From Deinococcus radiodurans R1 = ATCC 13939 = DSM 20539 (GTDB taxonomy: Bacteria; Deinococcota; Deinococci; Deinococcales; Deinococcaceae), in contig NC_001264.1 of assembly GCF_000008565.1 (NCBI RefSeq), positions 95,417 through 127,416 on the forward strand: a stretch of 32,000 nt of DNA. Direction: 5' to 3'. The notes beneath the pieces are model-generated. The model had not been told where the DNA came from. It searched no databases and worked only from the letters and a program-made list of their open reading frames with translations. Shown one piece after another: positions 15,941-25,464 of the stretch. Each line of letters opens with the position of its first letter. The stretch's first letter is position 1. The position numbers were made by a program, and so were the translations under genes.

Positions 15941-16436
15941 GCGGCAAGCCGAGCGCGCCGAGCTGCGGCGCGGCCCCGCCTGGCGCTGGGCCGACGTGCT
16001 GCCCATCCTGCTGGTGATCGTGGCCGGGCTGCTCACGGTCTTCGTGCCGAGCCTGATGGCCGACATCGGCAGCACGACCATCGGCCAGGACCGCTGGGTC
16101 CCGGCCCTGGACATCAGTGAGAGCGGGCTGCTGCTCGCCTTGATGCGGATGCTGCTGGTGACGCTGATCGGCTGGATGCTCTGGCACGTCCGGCAGGCCC
16201 CACTCGCCCAGCGCTGGGCCTGGGCTGGGGTTGCCGTGGGCGTGATGATGAACTACGCCCGCAACGTCTATTCCGGCAACCCGGCCACCGTGTCGTTCCT
16301 GCTGCTCCAGATCAGCCTCAGTTGGCTGGCGTGGCGCCTGACCACGCGCCCGACGATCCACCAGCAGCTTGAAGATGCCATCGCGCGGGCCGACGCCGCA
16401 GAGAACGAAGTGAAGCGGTTGAGGGAGGACAAGTGA
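15915..16436 (+). CDS. Membrane protein with C-terminal coiled segment (antiholin / spanin-like candidate)
   Basis: AAGGAGG lies 6 nt before the ATG at 15915. There are about four hydrophobic segments, then QQLEDAIARADAAENEVKRLREDK. A GTGA overlap links it to the endolysin. Confidence 0.45.
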   Translation: MVSKPTSLKRQAERAELRRGPAWRWADVLPILLVIVAGLLTVFVPSLMADIGSTTIGQDRWVPALDISESGLLLALMRMLLVTLIGWMLWHVRQAPLAQRWAWAGVAVGVMMNYARNVYSGNPATVSFLLLQISLSWLAWRLTTRPTIHQQLEDAIARADAAENEVKRLREDK

Positions 16437-17260
16437 AGACAATTCTCGCTCCAGACCACGTCCGCATGGTGGCCCCGGCCTGCAAAGACCCGGTGTTGGT
16501 CGCCGCCCTTCTCCAGCCGGTGCTCGATACCTACGCCATCAGCGCCACCCCCGAGCGCGTGGGCATGTTTTTGGCTCAATGGGCTCATGAATCGAACTTC
16601 AACTGCCTTGCCGAGAACCTCAGCTACAGCGCCCAGCGGCTGACCCAGGTGTGGCCGAACCGCTTTCCCACTCTGGCGGCAGCCAAGCCTTTTGCGAGCA
16701 ACCCGCGCGCCCTGGCCAACCGGGTCTACAACGGGCGCATGGGCAACCGGCCCGGCAGCGACGACGGCTGGCTCTACCGGGGTCAGGGCTGGCCGCAGCT
16801 CACCGGACGCGACAACTACGCCTACTACACCCGGCTGACCGGCGTGGATCTGGTGGGCAATCCGGGGCAGATGATGACGCCCGAGATCTCGGCGCTTGTC
16901 TGCGGGGCCTTCTGGCAGCAGGCGGGGTGTAACGCCCTGGCCGACCAGGGTGACATGGTCAGCATCACTCGCAAGATCAACGGCGGACAAAACGGCCTGG
17001 ATGACCGCCTCGCCCGGTACCGCAAGGTGATCGGGGCATTGCGCTCGGCGCCGAAGGTAGACAGCGCGCCGCCGATTCCCGCCCTGCCGCCCAAAGTGCC
17101 GCCGCCCGCCCCTGCGCCGGCAGTCACCCGCCGGGTGGTGCTGAGCCGCTTTGGGGGCGACTTCGAAGACATCTCTGACGCCCGGGTGCAGATCACGGGC
17201 GCACAGTCTGTGGTGATCAACGCCACGGACCCCGAAAAGGTACAGGTGAGGGTGGAATGA
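16433..17260 (+). CDS. Endolysin, glycoside hydrolase family 19 (chitinase-like lysozyme) with Pro-rich linker and small C-terminal domain
   Basis: GH19-type motifs: FLAQWAHESNF, YRGQGWPQLTGRDNY and KINGGQNGLDDR. A linker PPIPALPPKVPPPAPAPA follows, then about 45 further residues. Confidence 0.8.
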   Translation: MKTILAPDHVRMVAPACKDPVLVAALLQPVLDTYAISATPERVGMFLAQWAHESNFNCLAENLSYSAQRLTQVWPNRFPTLAAAKPFASNPRALANRVYNGRMGNRPGSDDGWLYRGQGWPQLTGRDNYAYYTRLTGVDLVGNPGQMMTPEISALVCGAFWQQAGCNALADQGDMVSITRKINGGQNGLDDRLARYRKVIGALRSAPKVDSAPPIPALPPKVPPPAPAPAVTRRVVLSRFGGDFEDISDARVQITGAQSVVINATDPEKVQVRVE

Positions 17261-17820
17261 TCAGATTGCTGATGATGCTGGTGGTGTTGAGCGGGGTAGC
17301 CCAGGCGCAGGACCTGGACCTGAGTGGCGTGAACGTGCAGTGGCTGCTGTCGCTGGCGAATGACCCGGTGACGCTGGGGGTGCTGATCTTCGGGCTGGTC
17401 TCAACGGTCAAGCGCGACTTCGAACGCCGCGTGCCCCCAGTGGTCTGGAATCCGTGGCTCTGGCGGGGGCTGGCATTGGGAGCCGGGCTGGTGGTCAGTG
17501 TGCTGCTGCACCTCGTGACAGGGCAGGCAGCGCTGGCGCTGGCAGGCTGGCCGGGCGTGCTGGTGTTCGGGCTGGTGGCGGGAATGGCAGCCATCTTCGG
17601 GCGCGACGGCTTGAAGACCGTGTTGAGCTGGATGGCGGGGGTACGCTCGCCGACGACCGTGGTGACTGCACCGGCAGTGGTGCTGCCGACCCCAGCCAGC
17701 CCGGACGCGCCCCTGCCTGCACCGCCGCCTCTGCGTCCGGCACCCGAGCCGATCAACCCCAGGGCGACGGTGATCGTCGAGCGTGGCGACGACCAGGTCG
17801 TGCTCGACACCGGACATTGA
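17257..17820 (+). CDS. Membrane protein with signal peptide and Pro-rich tail (holin/spanin-like candidate)
   Basis: ATGA overlap with the endolysin. The product starts MIRLLMMLVVLSGVAQAQ, has three or more hydrophobic segments, and has a PTPASPDAPLPAPPPLRPAPEP tail. Confidence 0.45.
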   Translation: MIRLLMMLVVLSGVAQAQDLDLSGVNVQWLLSLANDPVTLGVLIFGLVSTVKRDFERRVPPVVWNPWLWRGLALGAGLVVSVLLHLVTGQAALALAGWPGVLVFGLVAGMAAIFGRDGLKTVLSWMAGVRSPTTVVTAPAVVLPTPASPDAPLPAPPPLRPAPEPINPRATVIVERGDDQVVLDTGH

Positions 17821-17844
17821 CCATTTCGGCCTTGCCGACGAAAA

Positions 17845-17884
17845 GCCCCCACCCCAGCTACGGCTGATGGGCGGGGGCTTTTTT
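17845..17884. terminator. Strong rho-independent terminator closing the phage late operon (A-run/T-run flanked, potentially bidirectional)
   Basis: AAAAGCCCCCACCC...GGGCGGGGGCTTTTTT. It is a long GC stem with an inner CAGC/GCTG extension and a T6 tail at 17879-17884. Confidence 0.8.
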
Positions 17885-18006
17885 GTTGTGGCCCACTCCT
17901 GCGCACACGCAACGTCGCGGGGCACCTGGTACACACGCCTGCTTTCCTCAACTTTCCAACTGCCCTCTCCGACTGACTTTGCTGCTGCGCTAGCCTGCGA
18001 GCTGAT

Positions 18007-20735
18007 ATGCACCCCCAGGAGTTCGCGGACACCTGGTCGCGCCGCGCCCTCAAGGCCACCGAGCGCGACTCTTACGTTCAACATTGGCTGGACCTCTGCC
18101 AGCTGCTGCACCACGAGGCACCAGGGGCAGATCCCGACTACAAGTTCGAGCGCAGGGTCACGAAGGTCGGCACAAAGGACAAAGGGTTTGCCGACGTCTT
18201 CAAGAAGGCCCACTTCATCACAGAGTACAAGCGGCCCGGCAGCGACCTCGGCGCGGCGCTTCAGCAGGCCACCCTCTATTCCCGTGACCTGGGCAATCCG
18301 CCACTGCTTCTGACATCCGATTTTCAGCGCATCGAGATCAACACGGCGTTCACGGGAACCAGTCCCAAGAGCTACCTGATCACCCTTGACGACATTGCAG
18401 AGAACCGGGTAGTCGGCGGCAACGACGTGCCAGCGCTCCAGATTCTTCATTCGGCTCTACATCAGCCGTACGATCTCGACCCGCGCCTCTTCCGGGAGAG
18501 GATCACGACGGACGCGACCCGGCAGGTCGGTCTCGTGGCGCGGCGACTGGGCGAACGCGAGGGCCGGACCAGGGCTGCGCACATGATGATGCGGGTCGTC
18601 TTCGCGTTGTTCGCAGAGGACACTGGCATGCTCGAGCGCGGGATCGTGACGCGGCTGCTGGAACGCGCGCGGCTCCACCCGGAGAAGACCAGCTCTACTT
18701 CCAGGACCTGTTCGGAGCCATGAAGGGCGGCGGAGAGTTCTGGGGGACGGACATCCGACACTTCAACGGCGGCCTGTTCGACAGTGAAGACGCCCTGGCC
18801 CTGACCTCCGAGGACGCCGCGGCCCTGATCATCGCCGCCAAGCTCGACTGGTCGGAAGTGGAGCCAAGCATCTTCGGCACCCTGTTCGAGAACAGCCTCG
18901 ACGTGGACACCCGCAGCCGACGCGGCGCGCACTACACCAGCGTGAACGACATCGAGCGGATCGTGGACCGCGTGGTGATGGAGCCACTGTGGGCCGAATG
19001 GGACGCCCTACGCCTGAGCTTGCCCGAGCTCAAGAAGAACGTGCGGCTCGAACGCCTCTTCGCCTTTCAGGACCGCCTGACCGCCGTGCGAATTCTCGAC
19101 CCGGCCTGTGGCAGCGGGAATTTCCTGTTCGTGGCGCTGAAGAAACTGCTCGATCTGGAATATCAGGTTCGCATGGCGGCGGTGATGAATGACATCGGCG
19201 AATTCGAGATGCCGCCGCTCGTGCACCCGCAACAGATGCTGGGCATCGAGATCGAAACCTTCGCGCACGAATTAGCGAGCATCACCCTCTGGATGGGCTA
19301 CTTTCAATGGAAGCGGGCGCACGGCGGGCACTGGGAAACGCCCATCCTGCAACGACTCGACAACATCCAGAACCGGGACGCCCTGCTGAACCCAGACGGC
19401 ACCGAGGCCACCTGGCCCCGAGCCGACTTCATCGTCGGTAACCCGCCCTTCCTGGGGGACAAGATGATGCGCTCGCAACTCGGTGAGGCCTACACCACGC
19501 AGCTCAGGGAGACATTCAAGGACCGACTGCCCGGCCAGAGCGACCTGGTGTGCTACTGGCCGGAGAAGGCCCGCGCCCTGATCGAAGCAGGCGTGACCAC
19601 CCGCGCCGGCTTCGTTACGACGAACAGCATCCGGGGCGGCAAGAACCGAGTGGTTTTGGAGCGGATCAAGGCCACCGGCGACCTGTTTATGGCCTGGCCT
19701 GACGAGCCGTGGCAGCAGAATGGCGCGGCCGTGCGTGTCAGTCTGTTCGGGTTCGACAACGGCACGGAAACGCTGCGGACGCTGAATGACGGGCATGTCG
19801 GCGTCATCAACGCGGACCTGAACGCTGGAACAGACGTCAAGCAGGCGCAGAAGCTGCCGGAGAACGCTGGAGTCAGCTTCATCGGGACCCAGAAGGGCGG
19901 CGCGTTCGACATTCCGGGCGACCTGGCGCGTTCATGGCTGAGCGTCCCGAATCCAGACAGGGTCAGTAATGCCGATGTTCTGAAGCCCTGGGTCAATGGC
20001 ATGGATCTGACGCGCCGCCCCAGTGGCCGCTGGATTATCGACTTCGCGCAGATGGATGAGGGGGAAGCCAGGCAGTACCTGCAACCGATGGCCTATGTAG
20101 AGCAGAAGATCAGACCCGAGCGGGCAACGAACTCAGATCGTCCTTCACGGGAGAGGTGGTGGCTACACCAACGTTCGAGACCAGAACTTAGAGAAGCGAC
20201 CATTGAATTAGACCGCTTCATCGGCATTCCCCGCGTTGCAAAGCACCTTCTTCCGGTCTGGCTGCCGGAAGGGACATTGCCCGACTCCCAAGTGGTCGTC
20301 ATCGCCCGTGACGACGATTTCATCTTTGGGGTGCTGGCCTCGACGATTCACCGCTCATGGGCGCGCATGCAGGGGACGTATATGGGCGTGGGCAACGACC
20401 TGCGCTACACCCCCTCCACGTGCTTCGAGACCTTCCCCGTCCCGGCGCCTACCGACGAACAACGTGCCGAAATCGAGAAGTGGGCCAAGTACATCGTGCA
20501 GCTGCGCGAACACCTGCTAAACCAAGATGCAAAGGGGACCCTGACTGGCATCTACAACCAGCTGGAGAAGCTGCGGAATTCACCCGACGCGGCTCACCCG
20601 GTCAGCGCGCTGGCAACAGCCCACGACAAGCTTGATCAGGCGGTGGCCACTGCTTACGGCTGGGAGTGGCCCCTGAACGAAGATCAAGTGCTGGAACGGC
20701 TGCTGGCGCTCAACTTGGAACGGTGCCCGGCTTAG
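18007..20735 (+). pseudogene. MmeI-family Type IIL restriction-modification enzyme (nuclease + N6-adenine methyltransferase + target recognition domain), split by a 1-nt deletion near 18684-18690
   Basis: The N-terminal D...ExK nuclease motif GFADVFKKAHFITEYKRPG aligns by eye with MmeI GFVDLFWPGILLIEMKSRG. Methyltransferase motif I is ILDPACGSGNFL and motif IV is FIVGNPPFLG. ORF 18007-18723 and ORF 18720-20735 together give ~909 aa. The -1 frame is already open and protein-like (DQLYFQDLFGAM) upstream of 18720. Confidence 0.8.
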
Positions 20736-20858
20736 AGCTTGAGATTCGTACTCGCCTTACGACGAGGCTTTCTTGTGCTTGCCACAGTGACAAGGGCCTC
20801 GCTTAAGAAAGCGGTTATCCCCACTTGCAGGGCGTAGTTTGGAGCGCACACTTGGGCT

Positions 20859-21875
20859 ATGGCTCCTCTTATTTCTGTTCTCGACCTGACGCCGGTCAGT
20901 ACCGGCCAGCAGCCGGGCGAAGCGCTGCGGCACACGCTGGAGTTGGCGGAAGTTGCCGATTCGTATCAATACACAAGGTTTTGGATTGCCGAGCATCACA
21001 ACAGTGGCGCTTTCGTCAGCGCGGCCACCGAAATCTTGATCGCGCTCGCCGCTGCCCGGACAGGCCGGATCCGCGTCGGCTCGGGCGGCGTCATGCTGCC
21101 CAACCACTCGCCGCTGAAGGTGGCCGAGAACTTTATGAGTCTGGAAGCGCTGTTTCCGGGCCGTATTGACCTCGGCCTGGGCCGCGCGCCCGGCACCGAT
21201 GGACGCACGGCACTGGCGCTGCGGCGCTCGCGGGAAGCGCTGGCCGCCGACGATTTTCCCACCCAGATCGCGCTGCTGCGGGCCTTTGCCGGGGAAACAC
21301 CCTGGCCCGCCGGGTCGGTGTTTGACGGCGTGCTGGCCGAGCCGCGCGGTGTGAAGCTGCCGCCGCTGTGGATTCTGGGCTCAAGCCTCTACGGGGCGCA
21401 GCTCGCCGGGGAACTGGGGGTCGGGTACGCGTTCGCCTACCACTTCAGTCAAGAAGACCCCGCCGTGGCCGTGCAGACCTACCACCGGCATTTCCGCCCC
21501 GGCCCGCTCGCCGAGCCCTACGCCATCCTCGGCGTCAATGCGCTGGCAGCCCCCACCGAGGACGAAGCCCGTGACCTTTCGCTGACCTCGGCGGCGCTCT
21601 CGCTCGGCATCCTCAGTGGACAGCGCGGGGTGCTGCGCTCGCCCGAAGAGGCCCGGCAGTGGCTGCAAGAGATGGACACCGACCCCGCCAAACTGCTGAA
21701 AAAAGCCCGCATCGGCACGCCGGAGCAGGTCTGGGCCAGCTTGCAGGAACTCGGCGAAAGCACCGGCGCCCAGGAAATGCTGGTCACGACCTACGCCCAC
21801 GACCCGCTTAAGCGCCAGCAGTCGTACCGGTTGCTCGCTCAGGCGGCGGGCATGACGCCGCAGAAGGAAGCCTAA
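20859..21875 (+). CDS. LLM-class (luciferase-like) flavin-dependent oxidoreductase
   Basis: YTRFWIAEHHNSGAFVSAATEILIALAAARTGRIRVGSGGVMLPNHSPLKVAENF is typical of the YhbW/MsnO8-like luciferase-like monooxygenase family. Length is 338 aa. Confidence 0.8.
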   Translation: MAPLISVLDLTPVSTGQQPGEALRHTLELAEVADSYQYTRFWIAEHHNSGAFVSAATEILIALAAARTGRIRVGSGGVMLPNHSPLKVAENFMSLEALFPGRIDLGLGRAPGTDGRTALALRRSREALAADDFPTQIALLRAFAGETPWPAGSVFDGVLAEPRGVKLPPLWILGSSLYGAQLAGELGVGYAFAYHFSQEDPAVAVQTYHRHFRPGPLAEPYAILGVNALAAPTEDEARDLSLTSAALSLGILSGQRGVLRSPEEARQWLQEMDTDPAKLLKKARIGTPEQVWASLQELGESTGAQEMLVTTYAHDPLKRQQSYRLLAQAAGMTPQKEA

Positions 21876-21955
21876 CCGCCACCACTGAAGTAGTCTGGGG
21901 ACCAACCTTTCAATTGAGAGCCGTTTGATGAGAAGCGGCCTGGAGGAGAGTCCCC

Positions 21956-23248
21956 ATGTCCAACGTCTTTTACCGTTCCAGCAAGCCCTACCCCGTCGCC
22001 GTGCGTGGGGAGGGCGTTTTTCTTTATGACGACGCGGGCCGCCGTTATCTCGACGGCTCCTCGGGAGCGCTCGTCGCCAACATCGGGCATGGCCGCGCCG
22101 AGGTGGGGGAGCGCATGGCGGCGCAAGCGGCGCGGCTCCCCTTCGTGCACGGGTCGCAGTTTTCCAGCGACGTGCTGGAGGAGTACGCCGGGCGACTGGC
22201 CCGCTTTGTTGGGCTGCCAACCTTCCGTTTCTGGGCAGTGTCGGGCGGTTCGGAGGCCACCGAGAGCGCGGTGAAACTGGCGCGGCAATACCACGTCGAG
22301 CGCGGCGAGCCGGGGCGCTTCAAGGTCATCACCCGCGTGCCGAGTTACCACGGCGCCTCGCTGGGCAGTCTCGCGGCGAGCGGGATGGGGGCGCGGCGCG
22401 AGCTGTATACCCCGCTGATGCGCCCGGAAGCCTGGCCCAAGCTGCCCAAGCCTGACCCGGCACGGAACGGGGCCGAGGACGCCGAGGGCCTGCGCGCCCT
22501 GCTCGAACGCGAAGGACCGGAGACCGTCGCTGCGTTCATGGCCGAGCCGGTGGTGGGGGCCTCCGACGCGGCGCTCGCTCCTGCCCCCGGCTACTACGAG
22601 CGGGTGCGCGACATCTGCGACGAGGCGGGCATCATCTTCATCGCCGACGAGGTGATGAGCGGGATGGGCCGCTGCGGGTCGCCGCTGGCGCTCTCGCGCT
22701 GGAGCGGGGTCACGCCCGACATCGCCGTGCTCGGCAAGGGGCTCGCCGCCGGGTATGCGCCGCTGGCGGGCCTGCTCGCCGCGCCGCAGGTGTACGAGAC
22801 GGTCATGGGCGGCTCGGGGGCCTTCATGCACGGCTTCACCTACGCCGGGCACCCGGTCAGCGTGGCGGCGGGCCTGAGCGTCCTCGACATCGTGGAACGC
22901 GAGGACCTGACGGGGGCGGCGAAGGAGCGCGGGGCGCAACTGCTCGCCGGGTTGCAGGCGTTGCAGGCGCGCTTTCCGCAGATGATGCAGGTGCGCGGCA
23001 CCGGGCTGCTCCTCGGCGTGGTGCTCGGTGACCTCGCTACCGGGCAGGCGTTCGAGACGCCGGGCATCGCTTCACGTATCGGTGCGGCGGCCCTGAAGCG
23101 CGGCCTCATCACCTACCCCGGCAGCGGCGCCGAGCCGAATGGCCGGGGTGACCACCTGCTGCTCGGGCCGCCGCTGAGCATCACGGCTGCCGAGGTGGAC
23201 GAACTGCTGGCCCTGCTCGCCGGGGCGCTGGAGGACGTGCTGGGCTGA
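21956..23248 (+). CDS. Class-III (omega) pyridoxal-phosphate aminotransferase
   Basis: GGAGGAGAG lies before the ATG. Family patterns are present: GSSGALVANIGHGRAEV, SGGSEATESAVKLAR, IFIADEVMSGMGRCG. Length is 430 aa. Confidence 0.8.
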   Translation: MSNVFYRSSKPYPVAVRGEGVFLYDDAGRRYLDGSSGALVANIGHGRAEVGERMAAQAARLPFVHGSQFSSDVLEEYAGRLARFVGLPTFRFWAVSGGSEATESAVKLARQYHVERGEPGRFKVITRVPSYHGASLGSLAASGMGARRELYTPLMRPEAWPKLPKPDPARNGAEDAEGLRALLEREGPETVAAFMAEPVVGASDAALAPAPGYYERVRDICDEAGIIFIADEVMSGMGRCGSPLALSRWSGVTPDIAVLGKGLAAGYAPLAGLLAAPQVYETVMGGSGAFMHGFTYAGHPVSVAAGLSVLDIVEREDLTGAAKERGAQLLAGLQALQARFPQMMQVRGTGLLLGVVLGDLATGQAFETPGIASRIGAAALKRGLITYPGSGAEPNGRGDHLLLGPPLSITAAEVDELLALLAGALEDVLG

Positions 23249-23264
23249 GGGGGCCCGCTGACGG

Positions 23265-24071
23265 CTAGCGCCCGAAGCGCAGCGTCACCCCGCCCAGCGG
23301 CCCGTAGTCGGCGTGAAACACGTCGCCGGGGTCAGCTTCCACCGGGCGGGTAAACGACCCGGCCAGGATGACCTGCCCCGCTTCCAGCCGTCGCCCGTGC
23401 GCGGCGTACTTGTTCGCCAGCCACGCCACGCCGTTCGCCGGGTGGTTCAGGACGCCCGCTGCCACGCCGGTTTCCTCGATGACGCCGTTTTTGTAGAGCA
23501 GCGCGCCCAGCCAGCGCAGGTCGAAATCGAAAGGCCGCACCGGGCGCCCGCCGGTCACGATGCCCGCGTTGGCGGCGTTGTCGGAAATGGTGTCGAAGAC
23601 CTTGCGGGTGGCCTTCGTCTCCGGGTCGAGCTGCTGAATCCGGGCGTCGATGATTTCGATGGCCGGAAACACATAAGCCGTCGCGCCGAGCACGTCGAAC
23701 ACCGTGCAGTGCGGGCCGCTCAGGTCTTTGTCGAGCAGGAAGGCGAGTTCGACTTCCACGCGCGGCACGATGAAACGTCCGGCGGGAATCTCGCTCCCCT
23801 CGGCGAACACCATATCGTCGAGCAGCACGCCGTAATCGGGTTCATTGATGTTGCTCGATTTCTGCATGGCGCGCGAGGTGAGGCCGATCTTGTGGCCGTA
23901 CACCCGCCGCCCCTGCGCCAGCTTATGGCTGACCCAGGCGTCCTGCACGCGGTAGGCGTCCTCGATGGTGATGTCGGGGTATTGCCGGGACAGGTGCCCG
24001 ATTTGCCGGCGGTTCGTTTCCGCCTCCTGCAAGCGGTGGGCGGCGTCCCTGATCTGTTCGTCGGTCAGCAT
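23265..24071 (-). CDS. hpaH: 2-oxo-hept-4-ene-1,7-dioate hydratase / 2-keto-4-pentenoate hydratase family (HpaH/HpcG-like)
   Basis: The ATG at 24071 is preceded by AGAGGAA. It shows strong by-eye similarity to HpcG: [64 protein letters not shown]. Length is 268 aa. The longer ORF running to 24410 was rejected. Confidence 0.75.
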   Translation of the reverse strand: MLTDEQIRDAAHRLQEAETNRRQIGHLSRQYPDITIEDAYRVQDAWVSHKLAQGRRVYGHKIGLTSRAMQKSSNINEPDYGVLLDDMVFAEGSEIPAGRFIVPRVEVELAFLLDKDLSGPHCTVFDVLGATAYVFPAIEIIDARIQQLDPETKATRKVFDTISDNAANAGIVTGGRPVRPFDFDLRWLGALLYKNGVIEETGVAAGVLNHPANGVAWLANKYAAHGRRLEAGQVILAGSFTRPVEADPGDVFHADYGPLGGVTLRFGR

Positions 24072-24213
24072 GGTTCCTCTGGATTTGGAATAGGGGGTCT
24101 CCGCTCGGCGCGGCGGCCAGAGCGGTGTGTTGGCTTGTCGGTTCGCTTTCCATCCTAGCGAGTCGCCTCCCGGTGGGGGAGAACGGCGCCTGCCCTCTGT
24201 ATCGTGGGCAGTC

Positions 24214-24672
24214 GTGAAGCGTGTCCTGATTCTCTGCACCCACAATTCCGCCCGCTCGCAGATGGCCGAGGGCCTGAGCCGCGAGGCCGCCCGCCGCGCC
24301 GGGCTCGACCTCGACGTGCATTCCGCCGGCACCGAGGCCACCCGCGTCAAGGACGAGGCCCGCGCAGTGATGGCCGAACTCGGCATCGACCTCTCCGAGC
24401 ACACGTCCAAAACGCTGCACGACGTGCCGGACCCGCAGAACTTCGATTACGTCATCACGGTGTGTGACAGCGCCAATGACGCCTGCCCGGTGTATCCCGG
24501 CCACACCGAGCGCCGCCACTATCCCTTCCGCGACCCCTCGGGCGGCAGCCTGGAGCGGTGGCGCGAGGTGCGCGACCAGATGCAGGCGCAGTTCGGCGCC
24601 TTCGTGGACGCGCTGACGGCGGGGCGTGAGGCACCGGCCAGCTACGAGGCGAGCCCAGCGGTCAGCGCCTGA
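24214..24672 (+). CDS. arsC: Arsenate reductase-like low-molecular-weight phosphotyrosine phosphatase family protein (thioredoxin-coupled ArsC type)
   Basis: GTG at 24214. P-loop: [17 protein letters not shown]. The downstream Cys pair VCDSANDAC matches the Cys82/Cys89 spacing of Gram-positive ArsC. Confidence 0.65.
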   Translation: MKRVLILCTHNSARSQMAEGLSREAARRAGLDLDVHSAGTEATRVKDEARAVMAELGIDLSEHTSKTLHDVPDPQNFDYVITVCDSANDACPVYPGHTERRHYPFRDPSGGSLERWREVRDQMQAQFGAFVDALTAGREAPASYEASPAVSA

Positions 24673-24730
24673 CCTCCTAGACTGTTCCAAACATGTGCGC
24701 CGTTCGCCCCCTTTTCCCCCAGGAGACCCC

Positions 24731-25459
24731 ATGAAAATCGCTGTTTTCGGAGACGTACACGGCAACCGCTTTGCGCTGGAAGCGGTGGTGGCCGACATCG
24801 AGCGCTGTGAGCCGGACGCCTGGGTCAACCTGGGCGACCAGTTGTTTGGCGGAGCCGACCCCGCAGGCGCCTGGGCCTTGCAGCGGCGGCTGCGTGAGCA
24901 CTCCGGTGCCTTTGAAGTGCGCGGCAACACCGACGAGCGCCTCGGCGAAGCGCTGACACCCGACACCGACAAACTCGGGATGCTGACTTGGTTGCACGCC
25001 ACCCTGCCGCAGGGCGCCGGCAAGCACGTGAGTTCCCTGCCGACCAGCGCGACTCTGGCGGGCGGCGCGGTGCTCGCCGGGCACGGCACGCCCAGTGACC
25101 CCTGGGAATACCTGCTGCGCGACGGCGAAGAGTGGGCGAGCGACGAACTCGTCATGCAGCGGCTGGGGGACGTGGGAGAAGCCCGCGTGGTCATCGTCGG
25201 CCACTCGCACCTCGAGCATCTCCGGCAAATCGGGGCGCTCACGGTGGTCAACTGCGGCGCGGTCAGCCGGCAAAAAGACGGCTCGCCCCTCGCCCGCTGG
25301 GTGCTGCTGGAGGGCGAGGGGGACGCCTGGAACGTCACCTTCCGCCGGGTGCCCTACGACGTGGAAGCGGCGGCGCGCTGGGCCGAAGCCCACGCCCAGG
25401 GCGGCGCGCAGGAAGCCCGGCAACTGCGGACCGGGCGCGACCGCCGGAGCGGGAACTGA
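24731..25459 (+). CDS. Metallophosphoesterase (YfcE/MJ0936-like)
   Basis: AGGAGA lies before the ATG at 24731. Motifs: VFGDVHGN, NLGDQ, RGNTDE, VIVGHSH. Confidence 0.75.
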   Translation: MKIAVFGDVHGNRFALEAVVADIERCEPDAWVNLGDQLFGGADPAGAWALQRRLREHSGAFEVRGNTDERLGEALTPDTDKLGMLTWLHATLPQGAGKHVSSLPTSATLAGGAVLAGHGTPSDPWEYLLRDGEEWASDELVMQRLGDVGEARVVIVGHSHLEHLRQIGALTVVNCGAVSRQKDGSPLARWVLLEGEGDAWNVTFRRVPYDVEAAARWAEAHAQGGAQEARQLRTGRDRRSGN

Positions 25460-25464
25460 GGGCC

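Larger units (their letters stand above)
1..17890 (+). mobile_element. Prophage late region (capsid-to-lysis module of a siphovirus-like temperate phage); left end outside window, right boundary approximate
   Basis: Uninterrupted same-strand array of capsid, connector, tail, tape-measure, tailspike, holin and endolysin genes. Genes are linked by TGATG/ATGA/GTGA start-stop overlaps, and the array closes with a strong terminator at 17845-17884. Confidence 0.8.

Noticed and set aside
18720-18723. The ATGA overlap might be evidence that the nuclease and methylase are naturally separate genes.
   Set aside because: The second frame is already open and encodes conserved-looking sequence (DQLYFQDLFGA) for 11 codons upstream of the ATG. 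This fits a single ancestral ORF with a 1-nt deletion. The coupling idea is kept only as a possible consequence.
25132-25464. Upstream extension of the SWIM ORF (675-aa version).
   Set aside because: It overlaps the well-supported metallophosphoesterase in another frame and translates to Arg/Gly/Pro-rich junk. Protein-like sequence begins at the GTG at 25465.
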